In this document: positions 48,982 to 58,855 of the stretch, piece by piece
Position numbering within the stretch: position 1 is the stretch's first letter
How the letters are laid out: each line of letters opens with the position of its first letter
Source: Candidatus Moraniibacteriota bacterium
GTDB taxonomy: Bacteria > Patescibacteriota > Minisyncoccia > Moranbacterales > UBA1568
DNA length: 64,000 bases
NCBI GenBank assembly: GCA_043743535.1
Contig: JAYTWI010000020.1
Span: 10,039 to 74,038, forward strand
Direction of reading: 5' to 3'
Translations under genes and position numbers: made by a program
Notes under the pieces: generated by a model
Seen by the model: the letters and a program-made list of their open reading frames with translations, nothing else
The model's database searches: none
What the model was told of the DNA's origin: nothing

Positions 48982-49206
48982 ATGTATCCATTCATTGGTT
49001 TGTTCTATACCTTTCTTTTTTTCAGTTACGTCACTACGGCTCTTTTTATTGTCTTCCATCTCTTACGCTACTCACTCAATCGTAAAATGGCTATCTTTAG
49101 CACACTCTTTTTTCTTTTCGTTTTTGCCTTTCTGCTCTTCACCAACGCCATGATTTTTTTCTCTTTGCCTTTAGACACGATTTTCCCCATTCACCTTTCA
49201 TTATAA
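48982..49206 (+). CDS. Small two-TM membrane protein
   Basis: FIVFHLLRYS motif, hydrophobic. Confidence 0.6.
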   Translation: MYPFIGLFYTFLFFSYVTTALFIVFHLLRYSLNRKMAIFSTLFFLFVFAFLLFTNAMIFFSLPLDTIFPIHLSL

Positions 49207-49210
49207 TTTT

Positions 49211-49813
49211 ATGCCCACTCTCCCCATCTTCAACCGTTTTCATTTCCAAGGTCAACACGAAAACGAGCAAGTGCAAAAGGTCATTCACCGCCATTGGTTC
49301 AATATCCTCGCCCATTTCGTGACCGTGCTTTTACTCACCTTCATTTTGATCGGCAGTCTAACTACTATCCCGGCCTACTTCCCCGATATGCTCGGGGCAC
49401 ACAACCCTGCTTTCTTTGCCTTCATCGAAACCACGCTCTTCATCTTCCTTTGGCTCTATGGATTCCTCGTATGGATCGACTACTTTTTTGATGTTTGGGT
49501 CATCACCAACGAACGTATCGTCAATATCGAACAGAGGGGGCTCTTTACTCGTGATATTAGCGAGCTACAATTTGAAAGCATCCAAGATGTTACTGCTTCC
49601 GTGAGCGGACTCATCCCGACGATGCTTAACTTCGGTGATGTCTCCGTGCAAACCGCCGCCGAACAAGAACGTTTCGTTTTCCGTCAGGTGCCTGATCCCT
49701 TCGCCGTCAAAGACGCCATTATGCAATTATCGCGCGACACTATCCGCGACGATATGGGTCTCATCGGCAATACGCTCCGCAACAAAGCGGCCGCAACCGA
49801 AAAAACTGCTTAG
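49211..49813 (+). CDS. Membrane protein with bacterial PH domain
   Basis: RHWF, ITNERIV, IQDV, NFGDVSVQTA. Confidence 0.8.
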   Translation: MPTLPIFNRFHFQGQHENEQVQKVIHRHWFNILAHFVTVLLLTFILIGSLTTIPAYFPDMLGAHNPAFFAFIETTLFIFLWLYGFLVWIDYFFDVWVITNERIVNIEQRGLFTRDISELQFESIQDVTASVSGLIPTMLNFGDVSVQTAAEQERFVFRQVPDPFAVKDAIMQLSRDTIRDDMGLIGNTLRNKAAATEKTA

Positions 49814-49906
49814 AAGGAAGCGTGTTTCCTTTTTTCTGTCTTTCCGCTAGAATATCTTTTGACGCATATTTCTAAACGTCAGGTATTATCTTTTGATTTT
49901 CATCCT

Positions 49907-50626
49907 ATGTCAGGGCACTCTCACTGGGCCGGCATCAAACATCATAAAGGATTAAACGATGCTAAACGCGCCGCGGTTTTTACCAAGTATGGCCGCAACA
50001 TCATCATTGCTGCCGCCGCTCACGGAGGCAATCCTGATATCAACTACTCTTTGAAGATTGCTATCGATGCCGCTCGTACGGTCAATATGCCCAAAGACAA
50101 CATCGACCGAGCCATCAAGCGTGGCACTGGTGAACTAAAGGAAGGTAACCAGATTGAAGAACTCACCTACGAAGCCTATGGCCCAGGCCAAGTAGCGCTC
50201 ATCATCGAAACCGCTACCGACAGCAAGAATCGCACAGTGAGTGAGATAAAAAGTATCCTCACCAAAGGCAACGGCAAATTTGTTCCCACTGGCTCCGTGA
50301 GTTTTATGTTCCGCCGAATCGGGCTCATTACCTTTTCCCTGGAAAAATATGCAAGCGGAACTCTGGAGATGGAAACGCTCGAATCCGGGGCGGATGATTT
50401 TTTTGTCACCCCCGAAGTATTCGTCGTCATCACCGCTATTGATAAACTCCAGTCGGTAGAAGAATATTTCCGCCAGAAAAATCTCCTCTGTGAAAATGCC
50501 GCTCTCGGTTACATCCCCACCCAAACCGCTCGCCCGGCAGAAAAAGATATCCCTTCTTTGGAAAAATTGCTGGAGACTCTGGATGATCACCCAGACGTGC
50601 AGCGGGTGTGGGATAATAGGGAATAG
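49907..50626 (+). CDS. yebC: YebC/PmpR-family protein
   Basis: MSGHSHWAGIKH, NMPKDNIDRAI, YEAYGP, TDSKNRT. Confidence 0.92.
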   Translation: MSGHSHWAGIKHHKGLNDAKRAAVFTKYGRNIIIAAAAHGGNPDINYSLKIAIDAARTVNMPKDNIDRAIKRGTGELKEGNQIEELTYEAYGPGQVALIIETATDSKNRTVSEIKSILTKGNGKFVPTGSVSFMFRRIGLITFSLEKYASGTLEMETLESGADDFFVTPEVFVVITAIDKLQSVEEYFRQKNLLCENAALGYIPTQTARPAEKDIPSLEKLLETLDDHPDVQRVWDNRE

Positions 50627-50627
50627 C

Positions 50628-50702
50628 TTATTACCAAACAAAGCGAGTGAAACAAAAGGGCACTTTTGTTTCCGAGCGAGTGCTGGTAAAATCAGGTGGA
50701 TA
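50628..50702. repeat. 75-bp dispersed hairpin repeat, copy 2 (inverted)
   Basis: Reverse complement of 1743-1817 with 2 mismatches. Confidence 0.9.
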
Positions 50703-50776
50703 TCTATTATTAGTAGAAAAAGAAGAAGCGTCGTAGGATTTCCCACGACGCTTTTTAATTCTTCACTCCTTTCCTT

Positions 50777-51181
50777 TCACTCCTTGATGCGGATATGGAA
50801 AGGGTCAGGCTGCTCAAATGCCTCACAATGAGGGGAGATGGTCACGGTTGCTTCTCGCTCAAGCAAGCTCCCTTGTGAGCTCATTTCGCATCTGACTTCA
50901 AACCGTCGAAAAATGCTGATGTGCCCCTGAGCAGCCGACAGGCGCTTTACTTTCGGCGTCTTGCCTGAGATGAGGTAAAGTTCCCATATCTGGCTCGTAC
51001 GGAGGTAGACTAACAGGACACGCGTCACCAGAATGAGATCTCCTTTGTAGAGGATTTGGTGGTTATCCGCTCGAGCATCTCCGCCCGGAGCGGGGAGAAG
51101 TGCAAACACTTCGCGATCAGTAGCTTGCTTGGCCCAGGCTGGGTCGAGTGCGTCAATCTCGATCACTTGCTTCTCTTTCAT
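50777..51181 (-). CDS. Hypothetical protein
   Basis: GGAG RBS, own promoter, hairpin terminator near 50726-50755. Confidence 0.65.
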   Translation of the reverse strand: MKEKQVIEIDALDPAWAKQATDREVFALLPAPGGDARADNHQILYKGDLILVTRVLLVYLRTSQIWELYLISGKTPKVKRLSAAQGHISIFRRFEVRCEMSSQGSLLEREATVTISPHCEAFEQPDPFHIRIKE

Positions 51182-51250
51182 CACAAACTCCAACCCGGAT
51201 GCCGCCGGAAACGGTGAGCGTGCTTGCTCATTTTTTTTAAAGAACTTTAC

Positions 51251-51359
51251 AGTATACTCTATTGTTGTATATTTGTCAACTGTTTTATGGCTTTATTTAA
51301 AATGTTTTATTGATATATTTTCATTATTTGTTGACTCTATACCAACAACATGTTAAAAT
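51251..51359. promoter_or_regulatory. Divergent promoter pair with shared operator motif
   Basis: Minus TTGACA-N17-TATACT (51279-51251); plus TTGACT-N17-TAAAAT (51331-51359); TGTTG-N9-CAAC over both -35 boxes. Confidence 0.75.
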
Positions 51360-51379
51360 AAGGGAAGAAAAGCCATGTT

Positions 51380-52165
51380 ATGGAGGAACTGTTCCGAAAA
51401 CTGGGATTGAATGATAACGAACGCGAGGTCTATCTCGCAGTTTTAAAAGCGGGGAAAATCGCTCCTTATCAGGTTGCCAAAATAACCAGCATCAATCGCA
51501 CCACTGTCTACTCTGTGGCCAAAAAACTGGTAAAAATGGGCTTGGTCGTACAAGATCTAGGGCAAAAAGTGAATTACCTCGTCGCTACTTCTCCAGAAAA
51601 ACTGGTAACTGTCTTCGAACGTGAAGAAAAGAAACTCACTGAAAAGAAAAATGTAGCCAAAGAGCTAGCCAAAGAGCTTTCAAGCCTCACGAGCGAAAAA
51701 CACTATTCCGTCCCCCGTATCCGCTTTATTGAAGAGGCACAGATTGAAGAGTATCTGTATGAAGCCTACCCGCGCTGGGCAGAGAATGTAGCCGCGAACG
51801 ATAATGTCTGGAGAGGTTTCCAGGATGATTCATTTACCAGCCACTATGAAAAATGGATTAATTGGACTTGGCAATTCTCGAAAGAAAACATTCGGACTGA
51901 GATATTCTTCAACCGGGCAGAAATTGAGAAAAAACTTTTCGAGAAGCATCCCTCACGAAAAATACGTTTGCTTCCAGAAAATATTGCCTTTGATTCAAAT
52001 TTCTGGGTCGCTGGGGATTATCTCATTATGGCTCAAACACGGGTTCGACCACACTACTTAGTGGAAATTCACGATGCCGTCTTGGCGCGTAACCAGCGCG
52101 AACTTTTTCGTGGGCTATGGCAACTGGCTCCGGAAAGTGAAACCACTAAACAATCCGTCCTATGA
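51380..52165 (+). CDS. TrmB-family transcriptional regulator
   Basis: LGLNDNEREVYLAVL, INRTTVYS, PRIRFIE. Confidence 0.88.
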   Translation: MEELFRKLGLNDNEREVYLAVLKAGKIAPYQVAKITSINRTTVYSVAKKLVKMGLVVQDLGQKVNYLVATSPEKLVTVFEREEKKLTEKKNVAKELAKELSSLTSEKHYSVPRIRFIEEAQIEEYLYEAYPRWAENVAANDNVWRGFQDDSFTSHYEKWINWTWQFSKENIRTEIFFNRAEIEKKLFEKHPSRKIRLLPENIAFDSNFWVAGDYLIMAQTRVRPHYLVEIHDAVLARNQRELFRGLWQLAPESETTKQSVL

Positions 52166-52659
52166 AAATCCTTGGTATTGACCCGGGCACGGCGACAGTG
52201 GGCTGGGGCATCATCGAAATTATTAAAGGAAAAACCACTTCCATGGCTTTCGGACATATCAGCACCTCCAAGGATCTGGCAATGGAAAAACGTTTGACCG
52301 AAATTGCCACCGACCTCAGGAACATCATCCAGAAATACCAGCCCGAAGAGGCGGCCGTGGAGGAACTCTTCTTCTTCAAGAACCAAAAAACCATCATTTC
52401 CGTCGCCCAGGCAAGGGGCGTTATTCTCTTGACTTTAGAGTCTTTACGTGTTAGTATTGCTGGCTACACTCCCCTTGAAGTGAAGCAAGCTCTGACCAAT
52501 TATGGGCGAGCAGACAAGTCCCAGGTACAACTGATGGTCAAGGCTCTCCTCAAGCTCCCGAGCATACCCAAACCCGATGATACAGCTGATGCCTTAGCAG
52601 TAGCACTGTGTCATGCGAGCCGCCGGAAGATGGAGGCCGTGAAGAACAGAACATCCTGA
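52162..52659 (+). CDS. ruvC: Crossover junction endodeoxyribonuclease RuvC
   Basis: ILGIDPG, VEELFF, QARGV, PDDTADALA. Confidence 0.96.
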   Translation: MKILGIDPGTATVGWGIIEIIKGKTTSMAFGHISTSKDLAMEKRLTEIATDLRNIIQKYQPEEAAVEELFFFKNQKTIISVAQARGVILLTLESLRVSIAGYTPLEVKQALTNYGRADKSQVQLMVKALLKLPSIPKPDDTADALAVALCHASRRKMEAVKNRTS

Positions 52660-52701
52660 TACTTTCTCTTGTTCCTAATCCATACTTCATAATTCATCAC
52701 T

Positions 52702-53361
52702 ATGCACTACCATCCCCTCATCAACTTCATTGTTGAACAAGGCGTGCCACTCCAGACGGTCACGCTCCTTTTAATGCTTCCTATTGTCGTCACTCTGGTT
52801 GCTTTTTTTCGCCAAATTGTCGGTATTAAGGCCTTCGGCATCTACACCCCCTCCATCATCACCTTTGCTCTCTTGGCCTTTGACCCCAATGGCCTCAAGT
52901 ACGGCATCGCCATTTTTGTCAGTGTCATCGTGGTGGGAATGATTTCGCGCCTCATTATGAAGCAATTCCGTTTGCTCTATCTGCCGCGTGTCGCCATGAC
53001 CGTCTCCATCATCTCGCTCTCCATCTTGTTGGTTCTGGTAGTCGGCGGGATGTTCCAACGCACGGGATTGGCGGCAGTCTCCATTTTTCCTCTCCTCATT
53101 ATGATTACGCTCGCGGAAAAATTCGTAGCTGCCCAAATCGAAAAAGGCAACCGCGTGGCTTTTATTCTCGCCGCGGAAACACTCATCATTTCCGTCGTCG
53201 GTTATTTTTTAGTCAGCTGGCATTTCCTCACGACACTCGTCCTGCAATTTCCTTGGCTTATTCTTTTTACCTTTCTCATCAATTTCTCGCTGGGGAAATG
53301 GACGGGCTTGCGTATCACCGAATACCTACGCTTCCGCAAAATTATTAGCCACCTTCAATAA
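52702..53361 (+). CDS. 7TM domain protein (inactive-transglutaminase-associated type)
   Basis: RQIVGIKAFGIYTP, LLYLPR, FPLLI, WTGLRITEY. Confidence 0.8.
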   Translation: MHYHPLINFIVEQGVPLQTVTLLLMLPIVVTLVAFFRQIVGIKAFGIYTPSIITFALLAFDPNGLKYGIAIFVSVIVVGMISRLIMKQFRLLYLPRVAMTVSIISLSILLVLVVGGMFQRTGLAAVSIFPLLIMITLAEKFVAAQIEKGNRVAFILAAETLIISVVGYFLVSWHFLTTLVLQFPWLILFTFLINFSLGKWTGLRITEYLRFRKIISHLQ

Positions 53362-53405
53362 TCACCTTCCCTTTTTCTAATGTATTTTTTACCTTTCGTC
53401 TTCTG

Positions 53406-54812
53406 ATGTTTCATCGTATGTTCGATTTCTTCCAGAAAAGCAGCCGAATTTTGGGAATGAATGCCCGCAATCTTGACTATATCCGCCCCCATAACCGCAA
53501 GCGCGGGATGGAATTGGCCGACAACAAACTGCTGTGCAAACGCGCCCTCAAGAAAAACAACCTGGGTGTGCCAGACCTGATTGCAAAAATTAAAACGCAC
53601 GCGGAGTTGGATAGTTTTGATTGGACTCTGTTACCCAACAGCTTTGCTCTCAAGCCGAATCGTGGATTTGGCGGTGAAGGAATCCTTGTCGTCTATGGAC
53701 GGAAGAAAAATGGCGAACCGACGTGGATCAAAGCCGATGGTTCAACCATCACTATTGATGATTTAAAAACACACATCCGCAACATTCTCGATGGCTCATA
53801 TTCCCTAGCTAACACTCCAGATATCGCTTTCTTCGAAGAACGACTGAGACTTTTGAAACTCTTTAAACCCTATTCCTACAAAGGCATTCCCGACATCCGG
53901 GTCATCGTTTTCAATCAAGTACCCGTCATGGCCATGCTTCGCCTCCCTACTCGTGCTTCCGATGGCAAAGCCAACCTGCAGCAAGGCGCGGTCGGGGTCG
54001 GTATCGATCTCGCTACTGGCACCACCACGACGGCCATTTTAGGCAAGGGTCACCTCATCGAATACGCCCCCGGCACCCGCCTCGTGCTCTCGGGTATCAA
54101 GATTCCTTATTGGAAAGAAATTTTGCGGATGTCTGTCGAGGCACAGCGACTCTCAGGCCTTGGCTTCCTCGGAGCCGACATCTGTATCGATCGCGAACGT
54201 GGACCGGTCATCCTAGAACTCAACGCTCGCCCGGGCCTCTCCATCCAACTGGCTAACCTAGCCGGTCTGAAAGAACGTCTGCGCCGCGTGTCGGGATTAA
54301 AAATCAAAACAACCGAACGCGGGATGCGAGTGGGAATGAATCTTTTCGGAGGCGAGATCGAGGAAGAGATCGAGGAACTCTCCGGCAAGCGCGTCATTGG
54401 CAGCATCGAAAAAATCAAGCTCATCGGCAAAGAGGGAAAAGAAATTGAAGTGGAGGCCAAAATCGACACCGGCGCCGACTCCACCGCCATCGATAGCGAG
54501 CTAGCCAAAGAACTCGGTTTTATGGAGACACTTCGCCTCTTCGAAGAAAAAGTGGCTGGACGAGACGTAATGAAAGAAATGACCAAAGAAGAACGCGAAG
54601 TTTTATTTACCGATATTCCTGGACTCACTGACACTCGAGCAGTTAAATCCTCGCACGGTTATTCCTACCGCCCAGTCATCCTGATTGATCTTGTTATCGA
54701 TACCTTTCTCATTCCCGCTAAAGTTTCCGTTATTGATCGTTCACACCTCGAATATCCAGTGATTGTCGGGCGGAAGCATCTACGAAAATTTCTCATCGAC
54801 GTCAACAAATAG
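53406..54812 (+). CDS. Alpha-L-glutamate-ligase-like ATP-grasp fused to a retropepsin-like protease domain
   Basis: ILGMNARN, KPNRGFGGEGI, AMLRLPT..GKANL, ELNARPGL; C-terminal KIDTGA...IVGR. Confidence 0.85.
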   Translation: MFHRMFDFFQKSSRILGMNARNLDYIRPHNRKRGMELADNKLLCKRALKKNNLGVPDLIAKIKTHAELDSFDWTLLPNSFALKPNRGFGGEGILVVYGRKKNGEPTWIKADGSTITIDDLKTHIRNILDGSYSLANTPDIAFFEERLRLLKLFKPYSYKGIPDIRVIVFNQVPVMAMLRLPTRASDGKANLQQGAVGVGIDLATGTTTTAILGKGHLIEYAPGTRLVLSGIKIPYWKEILRMSVEAQRLSGLGFLGADICIDRERGPVILELNARPGLSIQLANLAGLKERLRRVSGLKIKTTERGMRVGMNLFGGEIEEEIEELSGKRVIGSIEKIKLIGKEGKEIEVEAKIDTGADSTAIDSELAKELGFMETLRLFEEKVAGRDVMKEMTKEEREVLFTDIPGLTDTRAVKSSHGYSYRPVILIDLVIDTFLIPAKVSVIDRSHLEYPVIVGRKHLRKFLIDVNK

Positions 54813-54846
54813 CCGTGCCCTTTTTTATTTTTTATCTCATCCTTTT

Positions 54847-55836
54847 ATGGAAATCCAAGAATACATTCAACGAATCAAACATGGCGGCTTCAAATCCTTT
54901 GTAAAAAAAGTTGTCGAGTTAAAAATCCCGGTAGAAGTGATTCACGGTAAAAATACCCTACTCAAACTGGAACACAGCAAAAAAATCATTTTCTGTTATA
55001 AAGGAAACCTGCCTGTGTATCGAAGAATGGGCAACCTAACAAAAAACAAACAAGTAACTAAAACAGTCCTCACCGCTTTCGGCATCGCCACCCCACGCGG
55101 AGTCATTGCTACCTCACTTGTTGAAGGTCTACGACTAACGAAGGAAGCGGCTCTGAAATATCCCCTTATCTGTAAACCAGTAGATGGCTCACTGGCCAAA
55201 GGTGTCACTTGGGATATTGCCTCCCCCCAAGAACTCCGAGCAGCGGTGGCACACGCCAAGAACGCCTACGGAAAACGACCTCGCTCCCAATTTCTCATCG
55301 AAGAAATGTTTGTGGCAGATGAATACCGAGTATTGGTTTTCAACGGAAAGGTGCTTTCATGTGTGCAAAAAATTTCAGCCGGGATTGCTGGCGATGGACA
55401 CTCAACCATCCAAGAGCTGATTGAAACCTTCAACAAAAAACGCACCCCCGGTTTTGAAATCCGCCTCGACAAGGTCGCCAAAGAAACACTCAAAAGGCAC
55501 CTCCTCACTCTCGAAACCATACTACCCAAAGGACGCTTCTTCAAACTGCGGAATAATCTCAATATGTCTGACGGGGGGCGAGCCATCGACTGTACCCAAA
55601 AAATGCACCCCTATTTCAAAGATGTGGTGGTACGTGCCACCGATGCCGTCGGGCTGACGTACGGCGGAATTGATTTTTTCGCGGACGACATCACCTCGCC
55701 CAAAAGTAAATACATCGTGCTCGAAATTAATCCCAATCCTTTCTACAATATGCACGAGAAACCACTTGTTGAGGGAAAAGGTGTCGATGTCTCAAGCATC
55801 ATTCTCAAAAGTATTTTCCCAAATCTAAAGGCCTAA
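54847..55836 (+). CDS. ATP-grasp ligase (cyanophycin synthetase/GshAB-like)
   Basis: KPVDGSLAKGV, EYRVLV, GDGHSTI, N.SDGG, GID, LEINPNP. Confidence 0.8.
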   Translation: MEIQEYIQRIKHGGFKSFVKKVVELKIPVEVIHGKNTLLKLEHSKKIIFCYKGNLPVYRRMGNLTKNKQVTKTVLTAFGIATPRGVIATSLVEGLRLTKEAALKYPLICKPVDGSLAKGVTWDIASPQELRAAVAHAKNAYGKRPRSQFLIEEMFVADEYRVLVFNGKVLSCVQKISAGIAGDGHSTIQELIETFNKKRTPGFEIRLDKVAKETLKRHLLTLETILPKGRFFKLRNNLNMSDGGRAIDCTQKMHPYFKDVVVRATDAVGLTYGGIDFFADDITSPKSKYIVLEINPNPFYNMHEKPLVEGKGVDVSSIILKSIFPNLKA

Positions 55837-55926
55837 ATTCATTCAGTAGCACAATAAAAAGGAGGTTTCGGCTTCTCTTTTCCCCCATTTCGTGCTATAC
55901 AATAGAGATACTCCTGTTATTACTGT

Positions 55927-58497
55927 ATGAAATTTTTCCCTCGCAAGCGCCACATTTCTGCTGAAATAAAGCCAAAAAGTCACCTGTGGGGCATTTTTTG
56001 GAAAGTTTCTTTTTCTTTTTTGGCGTTCTTTCTCGTAATCACGATCGGATCCTTTGCCTATATCGCCAAGGATCTCCCCAACCCCAATACCGTTAACAAC
56101 CGTGTTTTGGCCGAATCGACCAAGATCTACGATCGCACTGGCACTCACCTCCTCTATGAAGTACATGGGGAAGAAAAGCGCACCGTTATCCGCTTTCAGG
56201 ATATGCCCGAAGTCATCAAATATGCCACCATTAGCCTCGAAGACCAGGATTTCTATAACCACCATGGAATTAAACTGACTTCCATCGCTCGTTCGATCTT
56301 CAAAGACGTCGCCCAGCTCGGTAAAGCCCAGGGCGGGTCTACTATCACCCAGCAATTCGTCAAAAACTCCCTTTTGAGCAACGAAAAGACCCTCACTCGC
56401 AAGATTAAAGAGGTTATCTTGTCGTTGGAAGTGGAAACAAAGTTCTCTAAGGATGAGATTTTGGCCATGTACCTCAATGAAATCCCCTATGGCTCAAACG
56501 CCTACGGAGTCGAAGCGGCCGCTCAGACGTTTTTCGGTAAACCAGCCAAGAAGCTTTCATTAGATGAGGCTGCTCTTATCGCTTCGCTCCCCCAGGCTAC
56601 CGCCTACTATTCCCCCTACGGTTCACACCGTGACGCTTTGATAGGCCGCAAAGACTTTGCCTTAAAAACGATGGCCAGACTTGGTTATATTACTGGCGAC
56701 CAAGCAGATGAAGCTATTAATGCCGACACGATAGGAAAAATGCTTCCCCAAAAGGACATTATTGCTGCGCCACACTTCGTCATGTATATCAAAGATTATC
56801 TCCAACAGAAATACGGTGACCAGGCAGTAGAACAGGGCGGTATGAAGGTTATCACCACCCTTGATTATGACAAGCAGCAGCTAGCTGAGACCGCTGTCCG
56901 TGATGGCGCGGGTAACAACAAGAAATGGAAAGCCAATAACGCTGCTTTGGTGGCCATAGATCCAAAAACGGGGCAAATTCTTTCTATGGTAGGCTCAAAA
57001 GATTATTTCGGCGCAGCGGAACCTGCCGGCTGCGTTTCAGGGAAAACATGTACCTTTGAGGCAAATTTTAACGTCGCCACCGCCAATCGTCAACCAGGAT
57101 CATCTTTCAAGCCATACGTCTATCTGACCGCCTTTACCAAAGGCTATCTTCCAGAAACGATGCTCTACGACGTCGATACTCAGTTTGAGACAGCTGAGGG
57201 CAAAAGCTATGCGCCACAGAATTATGATGGCAAATTCCACGGACCGCTCCCGATGATGAAAACTCTCGGTGGATCCTTAAACGTTCCAGCCGTCAAAACG
57301 CTCTACCTCGTAGGGGTGAAAAATGCCATCCAACTTGCCAAAAGCCTGGGTATTAGTGGTCTCAATGACCCTTCGCGCCTGGGATTGTCTCTGGTTTTGG
57401 GCGGCGGAGAAGTCAAACTCCTCGAGCATGTGGCAGCCTACGGATCGCTCGCTACGGGCGGCATCAAACACGAAAAAACCGCTATCTTGCGCATTGAAGA
57501 CCCCAAAGGGCAAGTGCTTGAGGAATACAAACCGAACCCCGGTGAACGGGTGGTGGATGAAAAATACGTCGCTATGCTTGATTCTGTTATGTCTAATAAT
57601 GCAAACCGTTCCTGGGTATTCGGGGAAAACAACCCTCTACGCTTTGACAATCGCCCCGTAGCCGCCAAAACAGGAACCACCAACGAATTCCGTGATGGTT
57701 GGACTATTGGCTTTACTCCCTCGCTTGCAGTGGGTGTGTGGGCCGGCAATAACGACAACTCGCCCATGGTCACCGGGGCTGATGGTGTGAACGTTGCCGC
57801 CCCGATTTGGCGTTCTTTCTTAGACAAGACCCTAACGAACTACCCCATCGAAAATTTCCCCAAATACAATCCAGATGATGAAATCGGTGATGGTGATGGC
57901 AAAACGAACAAACCAATGCTAGCTGGTAAACTGGAATCGAGTAATAACCTCAAGGTATGCGAGATTCCCAAGGATAAAGGGAGCTACTGCCTCGCGAACA
58001 AGTATTGCCGCGACAAAGATGTCACCAAAAAGGATTTTGTCAGTTCTCACGATATTCTCTACTACATTAATCGTGATGACCCTCGTGGGCCTGTCCCGGA
58101 TAAACCAGAAAATGATTCTCAATTTAAAAACTGGGAGAAGGCTGTGGCGGATTGGTATAGTAAACAAAAAGGCGTCATATCTGATCAGGCACCAACCAAG
58201 GACTGCCAAGCCAATGATTTCAAAGGTTATAACCCAAACGTCAGTCTCACTACGCCAAGTAGCACAAGCTCTGCCTCCATCACCTTAAGCGTCAACGCTG
58301 ATGCTCCGTATGGTGTCGATAAAGTCACTTATTCTGTTGATGGCACAGAAGTTGGGACGGCAAATAGTAGCCCATATTCGCTTTCCTACACTATTCCAAC
58401 AGGGAAAAACAATTCCACCCTAAAAATTGAAGCGGAACTGCGTGACCAGAATGGCAATACAGCGAATGACTCGCGTTCGATAAGTGTCGCCTTCTAG
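55927..58497 (+). CDS. Class A penicillin-binding protein (PBP1A family) with C-terminal Ig-like domain
   Basis: EDQDFY.H.G, GGSTITQQ, RKIKE; SSFK, SLN, KTGT. Confidence 0.93.
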   Translation: MKFFPRKRHISAEIKPKSHLWGIFWKVSFSFLAFFLVITIGSFAYIAKDLPNPNTVNNRVLAESTKIYDRTGTHLLYEVHGEEKRTVIRFQDMPEVIKYATISLEDQDFYNHHGIKLTSIARSIFKDVAQLGKAQGGSTITQQFVKNSLLSNEKTLTRKIKEVILSLEVETKFSKDEILAMYLNEIPYGSNAYGVEAAAQTFFGKPAKKLSLDEAALIASLPQATAYYSPYGSHRDALIGRKDFALKTMARLGYITGDQADEAINADTIGKMLPQKDIIAAPHFVMYIKDYLQQKYGDQAVEQGGMKVITTLDYDKQQLAETAVRDGAGNNKKWKANNAALVAIDPKTGQILSMVGSKDYFGAAEPAGCVSGKTCTFEANFNVATANRQPGSSFKPYVYLTAFTKGYLPETMLYDVDTQFETAEGKSYAPQNYDGKFHGPLPMMKTLGGSLNVPAVKTLYLVGVKNAIQLAKSLGISGLNDPSRLGLSLVLGGGEVKLLEHVAAYGSLATGGIKHEKTAILRIEDPKGQVLEEYKPNPGERVVDEKYVAMLDSVMSNNANRSWVFGENNPLRFDNRPVAAKTGTTNEFRDGWTIGFTPSLAVGVWAGNNDNSPMVTGADGVNVAAPIWRSFLDKTLTNYPIENFPKYNPDDEIGDGDGKTNKPMLAGKLESSNNLKVCEIPKDKGSYCLANKYCRDKDVTKKDFVSSHDILYYINRDDPRGPVPDKPENDSQFKNWEKAVADWYSKQKGVISDQAPTKDCQANDFKGYNPNVSLTTPSSTSSASITLSVNADAPYGVDKVTYSVDGTEVGTANSSPYSLSYTIPTGKNNSTLKIEAELRDQNGNTANDSRSISVAF

Positions 58498-58501
58498 TTC
58501 G

Positions 58502-58801
58502 CTAGCGCTCTTGTGCTATTTTTATCTCAACAATTGCCTCCGTCCCTGCTAGGGTATTGATTTTCCTTTTCAAACTTTCACGCTGTAACCACACCTCATT
58601 TCCCCACAGAGAGCTTTTTGGCGCCAGAAAAAGTTGTTTTTCTTTATAAAAAACTGGTATGATATTTTCTCCACCACGCACACCGTATTCTTCCACTAAA
58701 ACTTTCTTGCAGATATAAAACAAGGTCTTTTCGTCGAGCAAAACACTCCCCCCCTCAGCGAGAGTTCTTTTTTTTGGCAACAATTCTTTCAAAGTCCTCA
58801 T
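58502..58801 (-). CDS. DciA/DUF721-like protein
   Basis: Short ORF downstream of dnaN with SSLWGNEV motif. Confidence 0.6.
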   Translation of the reverse strand: MRTLKELLPKKRTLAEGGSVLLDEKTLFYICKKVLVEEYGVRGGENIIPVFYKEKQLFLAPKSSLWGNEVWLQRESLKRKINTLAGTEAIVEIKIAQER

Positions 58802-58855
58802 ACTTCTCCTGATTTCTAAACCTCGATCATACTGATTCAAATCACTATAGAGCTC

